The notes below the pieces were generated by a model. The model had not been told where the DNA came from. It made no database searches and worked only from the letters and a program-made list of their open reading frames with translations. DNA of 64,000 nt. Origin: Spirochaetota bacterium. GTDB taxonomy: Bacteria; Spirochaetota; UBA12135; COTS27; CBDBHE01. Position numbers and translations under genes: made by a program. Location: the NCBI GenBank assembly GCA_965205605.1, contig CBDBHE010000008.1, positions 64,001 through 128,000 on the forward strand, in the 5' to 3' direction. Of this stretch, positions 19,901 through 30,662 are shown in pieces (within the stretch, counting starts at the first letter, position 1; every line of letters starts with the position of its first letter).

Positions 19901-22085
19901 ATGGAAATTATTAATACATTCAAAGAAAAATTAAAAGAAGACTTTATTACCAAGAAAGCAAACGAACAGTATTCTCTTAAAGATTTTCGAGAAGGCTTTG
20001 ATTGGATAACAGAAGTGATTGAAAAAAAACTAGAAAAAGAAACTGAAGAAATTTTAAAAGATTACTTGAAAAAAAATGAATACTCTATTTTTTATAACTA
20101 TCTCCTAGCCAGTCTTTTTTATCGTTTAAAAATATCAAATGAAGACCTTAATAATAAACTTTTAAAAATAGCCTCTCAAACTCAAAAAGGAACCGTCCTT
20201 ATCCATTTGGCAAAAGAGATCTTAAATCACTCGGTATCTTTAAATGCTTTAAATATCTTAGCTTTAGAATATGAAAAAGAACACGATGAAGATAACCTTC
20301 TTGAAACTTGGGTTCAAATTTTAAAAATTGATAACATAAATACAACCCTTCCTAAAAGAATAGCTGCTTTAAAAGAAAAAAAAAAATGAAACTAGTGAAG
20401 CCACTTATTATTATAAAATAGCTTTTATTAAAGCTTATGAATCAAAAGAAATTGAAGAAGCTTTAAAAATTTGGAAGCAATTATCAAAAATTAACCCTAA
20501 AGATCCTGCTTTTTATCTTACTCAAGGTAAAAAAATAGCAAATAAACTAAACTCTGAAGAAAAAAGAAACTTATACAAATACATTATTAATTATTATGAA
20601 AAAAATTTAGAAGGAAATGAAAAAGAATTTCTTTCTATTTTAAAATCAATTGTAAACAATAAAATTTTTCAAGAAAATCTTAATCATCTTTTAGCTAAGA
20701 CTTACTCTAGACTCTATAAAAGCCACTCTCATTTAGAAGATGTTTTGGCAATGAGTGGTCTTACAAAAAAGAAGAACATCACAAAAGGAATCGAAATTTT
20801 TGAAAGTCATATTAAATATCACGTTGGAGCTTTTGTACTTCACAAAAGCTTTGGTCTTGGAATGATTGAATCAATTCAAAAACCTATGGGGAGTAAAATT
20901 TTTGACATGATCCAACAAACAAAATTAACTATCAAATTTGAAAAAAATAAAAATCACCCTATGAGTTTAAGGATCGCTATTAATTCTCTACAAGTTTTAC
21001 CCGAAGAACATCTTCATGCTTTACACCATTTTAAAAAAGAAAAAATTAACGATATTTTAGAAAATCAAGAAAATTTCGCTTCTAGTATTTTGAAAACACT
21101 TGGAAAACCAGCCAGTGTTAAAGAGATAAAATCTCTTTTAATCCCTAAATTTATTGAAAATGCTAAATGGTCAGATGTATGGAAAAAACTAAAAGAAACT
21201 TTTCATCATTCTTCAAAATTTGAACTTAAAAATAAACATTATGACTTCTTTCAAGAATCTTTAAACATCGAATCAATAACGATAAAACTTTTTGAAAATA
21301 GCTCTTCACTAGAGAAAAAATATCATCAAATCGAATTTTATCTTATGCATTCTTCTAAATATAATGAAAATATATTAAATCAATTTACTGATTACTTAAA
21401 AGAATATATCCAAAATAAAAAAGAAGATTCATTAAAAGCTCTTTTTTTACTTGAACACCTTATAAAAAGTTATCATTTAAAAATAACATTTGATTTTGAT
21501 CATTTTTTTAAAGCTCTCTTTGATATCCATTTAACTGAAAAAACATTTTCAAATTTAGAAACTAGTACTTTAAAAAACCTTTTTTTAAACTCTGTTTATA
21601 ATTTAAAAAAAGTAAATTATGAAGAAACTATTTCTTTTTTACTAGAAAAAACTAATGTTGATAAAAAACAACTCATTATCGATCATGTCATTCATAAGGG
21701 ACAATATGAAATTTTAAAAACAATATTTGAAAATGCAACTAATCACTATACAAAATATCCTGAAACCTTTATTTTGCTTTCAAAGATCTTTATTGTTGAC
21801 TATCCCCAACATTTTGATTTAAATAAAAGTAATGTTTTCTTAAAATTACTTAAAATAAGCTATGATCTCAACAAAGATTACACTCTCTCTAATAAAATTC
21901 TACATGGAAAAAAATTATTTTTACTCATCAAAAACTTTCTTTTTGAAGATGAAATTTTATTTGACCACCTTAAAAATGAAAAAAATAGTGAAATTAAAAA
22001 TAACATTTTTAAAGAATTAGAAAGTCTTTATTTTTTAGACAATTATTTAAAAGTTAAAATAAGAGAAGTTAGAGAAAAAGCCTAA
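19901..22085 (+). CDS. Spirochete-type GreA-associated N-terminal-domain protein without a GreA domain; frameshift in A11 (20376-20386)
   Basis: Removing one A gives EKKNETSEATYYYKIAF...IWKQL...HSHLEDVLAMSGL, continuous with ORF 20745..22085; 'HIKYHVGAFVLHKSFGLGMI...IKFEKNKNHPMSLRIAINSLQVL' resembles, from recall, the extension of long spirochete GreA; no GDLxEN motif. Confidence 0.7.
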
Positions 22086-22089
22086 AAAG

Positions 22090-23238
22090 TTAATTTTTTT
22101 TAAACTCACTAGTTAACTCGATTAATAATTCACAACCTTTTTTTAAAACTTCATCTTTGACGGCAAAAGAAAGACGAAAATGAGTATCTTTTTCAGAAAA
22201 AACTTTTCCTGGAACAATCAGCAGATTTTTCTTAATCGCTACTTTAGAAAACTCATCTCCATTCCTCCAAGGACACTCAATAAAAAAATAAAAAGCTCCC
22301 TCTGCTTTAGAAAAATGAAAATCATTTTTTAAAGTTTCATAAACATAATTTCTTTTTTTCAAATACTTGGCAACTTGCTCATTTAAAATAGCAGTTACTT
22401 GTTTTCCATAAGCTAAAAGTACCATTTTTTGAGCTACCGAAGGAGAACAAACAAATGTATATTGTTGCAAATTACTCATTTGTTGAATGATTTCTCTAGG
22501 ACCAATAGCATAACCAATTCGCCACCCTGTCATACTATGAGATTTTGAAAATCCATTGAGTAAAATCACTCGTTCGTACAAACCAAAAGGAGAGGGTAAA
22601 ATACTTAAAGAAGCCGTCTCTTGATAATAAAATTTTTCATAAATTTCATCTGTAATAATATAAAAACCATGTTTTGAAACTAAAGAAATAATCTCTTTTA
22701 TTTCTTTAGAAGAGCAAACTTTGCCTGTAGGATTACTTGGTGAATTAAGAATAATTGCTTTTGTTTTAGAAGTGACAAGAGATTTCAATTGATCAATTTT
22801 AATTGAAAAATCTGGATACGTATTAAGATACACCACTTTAGCTCCTAACCAAAGAGCCAATTGCTTGTACATCACAAAATAAGGATCTGTTATAATGACT
22901 TCATCTCCTTGATTAAGTAAAACACTAAGGGTTAAAAAAATCCCACCTGAAACACCTGAAGTAATAATAAGATCTTGATTTAAAAGATCGGTTTTTCTTT
23001 CTTTTTTTATTTGGTCTTTAATTAACTCAATAAGAGCTTTGCTTCCTTGGGTTTGTGTATAACTATTGTCATCATTAAAAATAGCTTGCTTAGCAGCTAC
23101 TTTCATAGGGGCAGGCAAATTAAAATGAGGTTGCCCAATGCTAAGATTAATGGGATTTTTGAGGTTTTTTGCCATATCAAAAATTTTTCGAATCCCAGAA
23201 GATTCAAAATCTTGCATTCTTTTTGAAATAAAAGACAT
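22090..23238 (-). CDS. Class I/II PLP-dependent aminotransferase (aspartate aminotransferase-like)
   Basis: 'NLSIGQP', 'LNSPSNPTG', 'TDEIY', 'GFSKSHSMTGWRIG', 'GAFY'. Confidence 0.93.
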   Translation of the reverse strand: MSFISKRMQDFESSGIRKIFDMAKNLKNPINLSIGQPHFNLPAPMKVAAKQAIFNDDNSYTQTQGSKALIELIKDQIKKERKTDLLNQDLIITSGVSGGIFLTLSVLLNQGDEVIITDPYFVMYKQLALWLGAKVVYLNTYPDFSIKIDQLKSLVTSKTKAIILNSPSNPTGKVCSSKEIKEIISLVSKHGFYIITDEIYEKFYYQETASLSILPSPFGLYERVILLNGFSKSHSMTGWRIGYAIGPREIIQQMSNLQQYTFVCSPSVAQKMVLLAYGKQVTAILNEQVAKYLKKRNYVYETLKNDFHFSKAEGAFYFFIECPWRNGDEFSKVAIKKNLLIVPGKVFSEKDTHFRLSFAVKDEVLKKGCELLIELTSEFKKN

Positions 23239-25829
23239 TATTTTACAACAAAATTAACAAGTTTATTAGGAATATAGATTTCTTTAACAATTTTTTTTTC
23301 TTCAAACCATTTAGTTAAAATTTTTTCTTCTTTTGCTTTTTGAATCACAAACTCTTGAGTACTATTTAACGGAATAATGACTCGAGCTCTTAATTTTCCA
23401 TTCACTTGAATAATGATGGTTTGCTCGCTTTCTTGAAGATAGCTTAAATTATATTTAGGCCAAGTAGCATTATAAACTCTCCCTTCAAATTGCATCATCA
23501 AAAATATTTCTTCTGCTATAAAAGGAGCAAAAGGAGACAAGACAATCAAAAAATCTCGTAACATTTCTTTAAAAAAATTTTTATCTTCTTTAGTTTTAGG
23601 AATAAAATTACAAGTCTCATTTAAAAAACTCATCATACTTGCAATAGCGGTATTAAATTGATAACGTTTATTAATATCTTCAGTAACTTTTTTAAGCATT
23701 TTATGAAAATTTCGTCTTATATTTAAAGTTTCCTCACTGAAGGCACCTTGTGAAAAATCACTTTCTTTTTTCTTTACTATCAAAAAAACCAACCCCTCAT
23801 ACCATCGCCAAAGTTTATTTAAAAAACGATAACAACCTTCAAGACCCTGAATATTCCATTCCAAATTTCTTTCCACAGGAGAGGCAAAAAGAATAAACAA
23901 CCTCACCGAATCAGCTCCGTAAAGTTTAATAATTTCTTCTGGAAAAACACCATTTTTTTTTGATTTAGACATTTTTTCCAAACGCCCTATCATGACTTTT
24001 TTCTGATTTTTTTTTAAAAAAGCTCCTGTAATTTCTCCTTTGTTATTTTTTTTTAAGCTAACTTCATCAGCATAATAATAAATTTTATTTCCTTTATCAT
24101 TAACGCGATAATAAGAATAATTACAAACCATTCCTTGCGTCAGCAATTTTTTAAAAGGTTCATTACAAACGGCAAGATTCATATCTCTCATTACTTTATA
24201 AAAAAACCTAGCATATAAAAGATGCAAACAAGCATGCTCTATACCTCCTATATATAGATCTACTTGTTTCCAATAATTAGAAGCTTCCTTTGAAAAAGGA
24301 CATTGTGAATTGTGTGGATCCATAAAACGCATAAAGTACCACGAAGAACAAGTAAAAGTATCCATTGTTTCTGTTTCTCTTATAACTTTTTTTCCATCTT
24401 TAAATTTCATTTTTTTAAAGCTTTCTAAAGATTTTAAAGATTGTATAGACCCTGCATCAAAACCAATGTCTTTTGGAAGAATAACAGGTAAATTTTTTTC
24501 ATCAAGTGAAATAGGTTGATTGTTTTCATCATAAACAATCGGGATAGGATTTCCCCAGTAACGCTGCCTTGATATTAACCAATCCTTTAATTTATATTGC
24601 GTTTTTCTTTTTCCTATTTTTTGTTTTTCAAGATAAGAAGTAATTTTCAAAATAGCTTCTTGGCTAGAGAGTCCTGTAAATAAACCTGAGTTAACTAAAA
24701 CACCTTTTTTTTCATAAGCTTCTTTCAAAGAGCTTTCTTGAATTGTTTTTTCCTTATTTTGTATCACCATTTTGATTGCAAGATCATAAGCTTTAGCAAA
24801 TTCAAAATCTCTTTGGTCATGAGCTGGAACACACATAATCGCCCCTGTGCCATAAGAAGCTAAAACAAAATTAGCAATATACAAAGGTAATTTTTGCTTT
24901 GTTAATGGATGCGTGATAAAAACTCCTGTGAAAATGCCTTCTTTTTTATAAAATATGTTTTGGTTAATTTGAGAACACTTTTTAATAAAAGACTTAATTT
25001 CATTATATCGATCACTTTTTTTAATATAGGTTTCCAAATTTTTGTGATCAAAAGCAATTGCCACATAAGTTACTCCATAAAGTGTATCTGGACGTGTTGT
25101 AAAAATAGGAAAATCAATATCCCCATGTTTAAAAGTAATCAAAACCCCTTCACTTTTTCCAATCCAGTTTCGTTGCATTGTCAAAACTGTTTCTGGCCAA
25201 TCTCCTTCTAATTGACTTAATCCTTCAAGAAGCTCTTCTTGATATTTTGTTATACGAAAAAACCATTGGGAAATTACTTTTTTCTCTATCAAAACACCCG
25301 AACGCCATCCTTTACCATCAATCACTTGTTCATTAGCCAATACTGTTTTATCAACCGGATCCCAATTCACAGAAGCCTTTTTTCGATAAACCAAACCCCT
25401 CCCATACATTTTTGTAAAAAACCATTGTCCCCAACGATAATAGTCAGAATCTGCTGTACTAATTTCATCTTCCCAGTGATAAGAAAAACCCATTTTTTCA
25501 AATTGCTTTTTCATATCCGTGATATTTTTTTGAATCCACTTATAAGGAGAAATTTGATGCTCAATGGCTGCATTTTCAGCAGGAAGACCAAAGGCATCCC
25601 ATCCCATAGGGTGAAGGACATTAAATCCATTTAGTCGTTTAAATCGAGCTACGACATCCCCAATAGAGTAGTTTCTCACATGTCCCATGTGAATATTTCC
25701 ACTAGGGTAAGGAAACATTTCAAGACAATAAAAAGGAGTTTTATTACTATCTTTGTCTTTTTTAAAGACCTTCTCTTCTTTAAAAATTTTACACCATCTT
25801 TCTTCTATTGTTTTAAAATCATAAGACAT
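23238..25829 (-). CDS. leuS: Leucine--tRNA ligase
   Basis: 'MFPYPSG.IHMGH', 'GWDAFGLPAEN', 'FTTRPDT', 'SRQRYWG', 'KMSKS'. Confidence 0.98.
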   Translation of the reverse strand: MSYDFKTIEERWCKIFKEEKVFKKDKDSNKTPFYCLEMFPYPSGNIHMGHVRNYSIGDVVARFKRLNGFNVLHPMGWDAFGLPAENAAIEHQISPYKWIQKNITDMKKQFEKMGFSYHWEDEISTADSDYYRWGQWFFTKMYGRGLVYRKKASVNWDPVDKTVLANEQVIDGKGWRSGVLIEKKVISQWFFRITKYQEELLEGLSQLEGDWPETVLTMQRNWIGKSEGVLITFKHGDIDFPIFTTRPDTLYGVTYVAIAFDHKNLETYIKKSDRYNEIKSFIKKCSQINQNIFYKKEGIFTGVFITHPLTKQKLPLYIANFVLASYGTGAIMCVPAHDQRDFEFAKAYDLAIKMVIQNKEKTIQESSLKEAYEKKGVLVNSGLFTGLSSQEAILKITSYLEKQKIGKRKTQYKLKDWLISRQRYWGNPIPIVYDENNQPISLDEKNLPVILPKDIGFDAGSIQSLKSLESFKKMKFKDGKKVIRETETMDTFTCSSWYFMRFMDPHNSQCPFSKEASNYWKQVDLYIGGIEHACLHLLYARFFYKVMRDMNLAVCNEPFKKLLTQGMVCNYSYYRVNDKGNKIYYYADEVSLKKNNKGEITGAFLKKNQKKVMIGRLEKMSKSKKNGVFPEEIIKLYGADSVRLFILFASPVERNLEWNIQGLEGCYRFLNKLWRWYEGLVFLIVKKKESDFSQGAFSEETLNIRRNFHKMLKKVTEDINKRYQFNTAIASMMSFLNETCNFIPKTKEDKNFFKEMLRDFLIVLSPFAPFIAEEIFLMMQFEGRVYNATWPKYNLSYLQESEQTIIIQVNGKLRARVIIPLNSTQEFVIQKAKEEKILTKWFEEKKIVKEIYIPNKLVNFVVK

Positions 25830-26186
25830 TTTAAGATCCTACCTATTTATCAAAAAATTAAAAATAAGATGAAAATTAATAGCATGAATTAACTATTAAT
25901 TCTAATTAATTTTATACTCAAAAAAAACTAAGAAATATTTACTATTTTATTTTTTAAAAATTTTTGATTTTTAATGACTTCAAAAAAATAACAATCTAAA
26001 TATTCGACTTCTTTGTACTCTCTTCCATCATCGCCTGTTCTCCCCTCTTACTTTTTTTAAAAAAGGATGGTAATACACTTTACTTAAAATTATTTTCATT
26101 TCTTCAGTAGACTCTTTAAAATCTAGGTTATAAAAAATTAAATTAAATTTTTTCGCCTTTAAAAAAAAAGTATTTGATTGCTTTCT

Positions 26187-26912
26187 TTAAAAAAAATCTT
26201 TATTTAACTCTTTATTCTCTATAGGAAAATAAAGAGTTAGTTCAGCTCCTTTACAATGTTTGTTAAAATCATATTTATTTTTAGCTATAATATCTCCTCC
26301 ATATTCTTTAATAATACTTTTACAAATAGAAAGACCCAGCCCTCTTCCTAAAGATATTTTTGTACTATAAAACTCACGAAATAATTGATCATTTTTTGCT
26401 TCTAAAAAACCTTTCCCATTATCACTAATCATAACAACCATTTGATGATTAATTTCTTTGACTAAAAGACAAACATTGACTTTTTCATCATGATCTCTTT
26501 TAGCTTCTATAGAATTTTTAAAAAGATTATAAAAGATTCTTTCAATTTTAGCTAAATTTCCAGAAATGAATTTATTGTTCGCCTTCCAAATTAATTTAAA
26601 AGAAATGTTTTTACAAAAAAAATCTTCTTTCATAATAGAAGAAAAGACTTCAAATAAATTGGTTTTTTGATCAATCTTTTTTTCAGAAACTTCATCTTGA
26701 TAAAGTATTTTTGAAGCATCTTTTGACAAATAAATAATTTTATTAAGGGCAATATCTAACTTTCTTAAATCTTGATTTCTTTTTTCTTTAAAAATATTTT
26801 TAAGGTTTTCTATGTAATAAAGCATTGTTGTACAATAATTATTAATATCATGATTTACTTTGACAAAAGCATCAATAACATTTTTAGAATTTTTAATTTG
26901 CTTTGTGGTCAA
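26187..26912 (-). CDS. Sensor-less histidine kinase core (HisKA/HATPase_c), possibly a remnant
   Basis: H-box 'NHDINN', N-box 'NLFKNSIEA', G1 'SDNGKG', F-box 'FREFYSTK', G2 'GRGLGLSI'; no sensor domain; TTG start. Confidence 0.75.
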   Translation of the reverse strand: MTTKQIKNSKNVIDAFVKVNHDINNYCTTMLYYIENLKNIFKEKRNQDLRKLDIALNKIIYLSKDASKILYQDEVSEKKIDQKTNLFEVFSSIMKEDFFCKNISFKLIWKANNKFISGNLAKIERIFYNLFKNSIEAKRDHDEKVNVCLLVKEINHQMVVMISDNGKGFLEAKNDQLFREFYSTKISLGRGLGLSICKSIIKEYGGDIIAKNKYDFNKHCKGAELTLYFPIENKELNKDFF

Positions 26913-27053
26913 TAGTTTGATTTTATTAAATTTTAAAATTATTTAATTTTGTTATCTCTTTTCATTATAAAAAATGGATATAAGACTTAAGAAAATAATT
27001 ATAGAAGAATTTTTTAAAAATTAAAATTTTTTTTAAAAAATTCTTATAGTTTC

Positions 27054-27425
27054 TTAGATTTTAGCTCTTTGTAAAATAACGTCAACAATCTTTTCATGAA
27101 GACCTAAAGGAGGTGTGATTTCATAAACAATATTGGGATACTTCAAAGCAGCTTGTTTAACTAACCTTGGGATATCTTCTTGAACATGCCTACCGAAACT
27201 TAACATATAAGGGTGTACTTTAATAAAATCTACTTTTGCTTTAGCACAAAGAGTAAAACTTTCTTGTATATTTGGGTAAGCTAATTCCATATGAGCACAA
27301 ACAACAAAAATATCTTTACATTTTTTTTGCACCATTTTACCTAAAGAATCAAGCATTTTATTAGCTTTTTTTTTTTTAGAACCGTGGTCAACGATTAATA
27401 AAGCTGTTTTTTTAAATTGATTCAT
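27054..27425 (-). CDS. CbiX/SirB-type sirohydrochlorin chelatase, small single-domain form
   Basis: 'LLIVDHGS', 'AHMELAYP', 'HPYMLSFGRHVQEDIP', 'PLGLH'; likely start ATG 27425. Confidence 0.85.
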   Translation of the reverse strand: MNQFKKTALLIVDHGSKKKKANKMLDSLGKMVQKKCKDIFVVCAHMELAYPNIQESFTLCAKAKVDFIKVHPYMLSFGRHVQEDIPRLVKQAALKYPNIVYEITPPLGLHEKIVDVILQRAKI

Positions 27426-27790
27426 CAAAATAAATTTTATTAAAATTTTGATATTGATTTCATCATGATTGAAAAATATTTTTAATGATAAAATAAAAAA
27501 AAAAAAATCAAAATAAAGCTGGTTTTTTTTCAAAAAGATTTAATTAGTTTCATTAAAACATTTTTTTATGATATTTTTTATTATTTTTTTTCAAATCTTA
27601 AAAAAAGAAAAATTCCTTCTACCTTTATTTGCTTCACCTAATGATAAGAATGGCAAAAAAATACCTTAGATATCATCTTTAGAATCCAAATCTTTATCTT
27701 ACAGACAATTATTTTTCTAAAAAATGAAAAATATTTTTTAAACTTATTTACCAAAGAGTAAACTTTTTTTTATATTATTTATAAAAAAAA

Positions 27791-29815
27791 TTAGTTTATT
27801 TTATCTATTAAATACTTTTGGACATCTTTTCTAGACTTTTTTAAAAGTTCGAAATCTCTTTCTAAAACACCTATTTTAAATTGTGGAATACCAGATTGTT
27901 TTTGTCCTAAAAATTCTCCAGGTCCTCTAGTTTGTAAATCTATTTCTGCCAACTTAAAGCCATCTTGTATGTTACAAAAAGCATCCAATCTGAAATAAGC
28001 TTTTTCTAATACATCATCTTGATGTATTAAATAACAAAAATTATCACTACGATTTCTTCCAATACGTCCCCGTAATTGATGCAATTGAGAAAGCCCAAAG
28101 CGTTGTGAAGATTCAATAATAAGTACCGTTGCATTTGGATAATGAATTCCTACTTCAATAACCGTAGTGGTGAAAAGTACTTTAACAATTCCTTTTTCAA
28201 ATTCTTTTAAAGATCGCTCTCTATCTTCTAAATCACTTTTTCCATGAATCATCGCAATCGGAATTGATTTAAAAATATTTTTTTTAAAAAAATCAAATTC
28301 TTTTATAAGTGATTTATTTGTTTTTCCAACACCTCCCTCAATTGTTGGAAAAACAACATAGCCTTGCTCTCCTTTTTTAATTCGATCCATTAAAAACCGA
28401 TAGGCATGCATACGATCCTTTTCCAGCAGTAACTTTGTCTGCTTTTTTTTATAATTTAAAGGAAGCTCTTTAATAGTGCTAAAATCTAAATCTCCAAAAA
28501 ATGTCATACAAAGAGATCTTGGTATCGGAGTTGCTGACATTGTTAAACTATCTACAAAGGTTCCTTTTTTTTTGAGTTTTTCCCTTTGTTCAACACCAAA
28601 TTTATGCTGTTCATCAATCACAACATATTTTAAATCTAAAAAAAAAACAGAATCTTGAATCAAAGAATGCGTTCCTATAACCATAAGGGCTTTTTTGTTT
28701 TTTATTTGATGTAAGACTTCTTTTTTTTCCTCTTCACTAATAGAATTTGTCAATAAACAAAAAACAATTTCCATAGACGTTAAATATTTTTTAAAAGTTT
28801 TATAATGCTGCCTAGCAAGCATATCCGTTGGTACCATTAAAACACACTGGTGATCGCTTTCGTAGCATAACAACATGGTTATCAAAGCAACCAACGTTTT
28901 ACCACTACCAACATCTCCTTGTAAAAGCCTATTCATCACTTTTTCTGTTTTCATATGTTCAGTAATTTCAGAGATGACTTTTTTTTGATCCGATGTTAAA
29001 TCAAAAGAAAGATTTTTTTGAAAAAATAAAATCAATTGAGAGTGTTTTAAATAACGATTTTTTTCTTTTCCTTTTTCACTATTAAGTTTTTTTTTATAAA
29101 GCTGATACTGAAAACCAAAGAATTCTTCATAAATTAATCGACTTCTAGATTCTTTTAAAGCTTGGTGAGAAGAAGGAAAATGCGTTGTTTTCAAATCTTT
29201 TTTTTTGCTATCAAAATAACGATACTGTTTAATAATTTCTTTTGGAAGCTCGTAATGAAAACAAGTATCTGAAAAATTGTCAAACACACTTTTTATCAAA
29301 GATCGAATATTTTTTTGACTCAACCCCTGCGTTGAAGAATAAATAGGAACAATACGCCCTAAGTGAATACTATTAAAACCCTCTTCATCAAAAACTTCAT
29401 AATCTAAAAGCGTTAACTCATACTTATAGTTTTTCCATTTAACTTTTCCTGATAAAATATAATGTTCATTTTCTTTAAAGTAACGAAAAAAAGGATTAAA
29501 AGCTGTAAAAGCTAGCTTCTCTTTATTATCAGTAAAAACAAATTTCTTAATTTTTCTATTTTTAAAACGGAACTCATTTTTCTTAATACAAACACAAATA
29601 ATCGTTGCTACAAAATTTTCATCTTCTTTGCATTTTTGAGCAGAATCATGAATCGATAAAATAGAAGAACGATCTTCATAACGAATAGGAAAATAAAAAA
29701 GTAAATCCTTAACAGTAAAAATATTTTTTTTGATATAAAGATTAGCTTTATAAGAAGTAATTCCTTTTAAAAAACTAATCTTTTGTAAAAGATTAGTTTT
29801 TGTATTTTCAAACAA
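27791..29815 (-). CDS. recG: ATP-dependent DNA helicase RecG
   Basis: 'RLLQGDVGSGKT', 'IDEQHKFGV.QR', 'SATPIPR', 'QLHQLRGRIGR', 'DL..RGPGE'. Confidence 0.97.
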   Translation of the reverse strand: MFENTKTNLLQKISFLKGITSYKANLYIKKNIFTVKDLLFYFPIRYEDRSSILSIHDSAQKCKEDENFVATIICVCIKKNEFRFKNRKIKKFVFTDNKEKLAFTAFNPFFRYFKENEHYILSGKVKWKNYKYELTLLDYEVFDEEGFNSIHLGRIVPIYSSTQGLSQKNIRSLIKSVFDNFSDTCFHYELPKEIIKQYRYFDSKKKDLKTTHFPSSHQALKESRSRLIYEEFFGFQYQLYKKKLNSEKGKEKNRYLKHSQLILFFQKNLSFDLTSDQKKVISEITEHMKTEKVMNRLLQGDVGSGKTLVALITMLLCYESDHQCVLMVPTDMLARQHYKTFKKYLTSMEIVFCLLTNSISEEEKKEVLHQIKNKKALMVIGTHSLIQDSVFFLDLKYVVIDEQHKFGVEQREKLKKKGTFVDSLTMSATPIPRSLCMTFFGDLDFSTIKELPLNYKKKQTKLLLEKDRMHAYRFLMDRIKKGEQGYVVFPTIEGGVGKTNKSLIKEFDFFKKNIFKSIPIAMIHGKSDLEDRERSLKEFEKGIVKVLFTTTVIEVGIHYPNATVLIIESSQRFGLSQLHQLRGRIGRNRSDNFCYLIHQDDVLEKAYFRLDAFCNIQDGFKLAEIDLQTRGPGEFLGQKQSGIPQFKIGVLERDFELLKKSRKDVQKYLIDKIN

Positions 29816-30563
29816 TTTGCTTTTTGAGAATTTTTTGAGTATTTCCGTTTAGTTCATTTTTAAAACAAATTTTTTCTAAAGCATAATCTATTATTTTTTT
29901 ATCACAAGCACTCAAAGTATTAAGAATCAAGTCATTGATTTCATAAGAGAAATTTTTAGAATACACAATTAGTAAACCATCAATACAGTCAACTAGCTTC
30001 AAGCCACCCACCAACCTAATTCCCTCTTTAACAAAGACTTCATCTTCTTCTTTCAAAATCAAATCCCATAAAGAATAAATAGATTTATCATTTTTTTTAA
30101 GTCTCAATACTTTTAAAATAGAAGTTTTTTCATTACGCATTTGAATTGCTTCATATTGCTTAATTAATAAATTTTCTGTTATTCTTTTCAAAGAATACTC
30201 TTCCTTAGTAAAATTAATCTTAAAAAGATTTGGAATACAATAATAAGAAAATTTAATTTCTAAGATTCTATTTTCAAAAATTTCTTTAGTAATAACAGGG
30301 TTTTGATTTTTTTTCTTTAATTGCTTAAAATGTTTTTTTATAAAATCTACTTTTTCAAAATCAAAATATTTTTGTCCTACATTGATTCGGTTTTTAATAA
30401 ATTGATAAGCTCTAAGAAGCTTTTTAAATATTTCTTGATTTGAGTTTTTTTGATCGCTTGTATCAGGATGGTATTTAAAAAGAGCTTTTTTATAAGCTTT
30501 TTTTAAATTAGGCAATGTACAATCAAAGCCAACGCCTAATAAATCATAATATTCTTTAAACAT
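29808..30563 (-). CDS. J-domain (DnaJ) protein with helical C-terminal region
   Basis: 'YYDLLGV...LKKAYKK...KYHPD' J-domain; likely start ATG 30563. Confidence 0.8.
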   Translation of the reverse strand: MFKEYYDLLGVGFDCTLPNLKKAYKKALFKYHPDTSDQKNSNQEIFKKLLRAYQFIKNRINVGQKYFDFEKVDFIKKHFKQLKKKNQNPVITKEIFENRILEIKFSYYCIPNLFKINFTKEEYSLKRITENLLIKQYEAIQMRNEKTSILKVLRLKKNDKSIYSLWDLILKEEDEVFVKEGIRLVGGLKLVDCIDGLLIVYSKNFSYEINDLILNTLSACDKKIIDYALEKICFKNELNGNTQKILKKQIV

Positions 30564-30662
30564 CTTTATTTTTATTATACTCTTTATAATCGTCAATAAT
30601 TATTATTATTTTTAGCTTATTTAACAAAGATAAAATAGAATTTTAAAAAAAACTAAAAGGAA

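Noticed and set aside
12788-26189. In-frame TAA followed by open frames, hinting at stop-codon reassignment
   Set aside because: TAA ends most conserved genes at their expected termini; local decay is the simpler explanation
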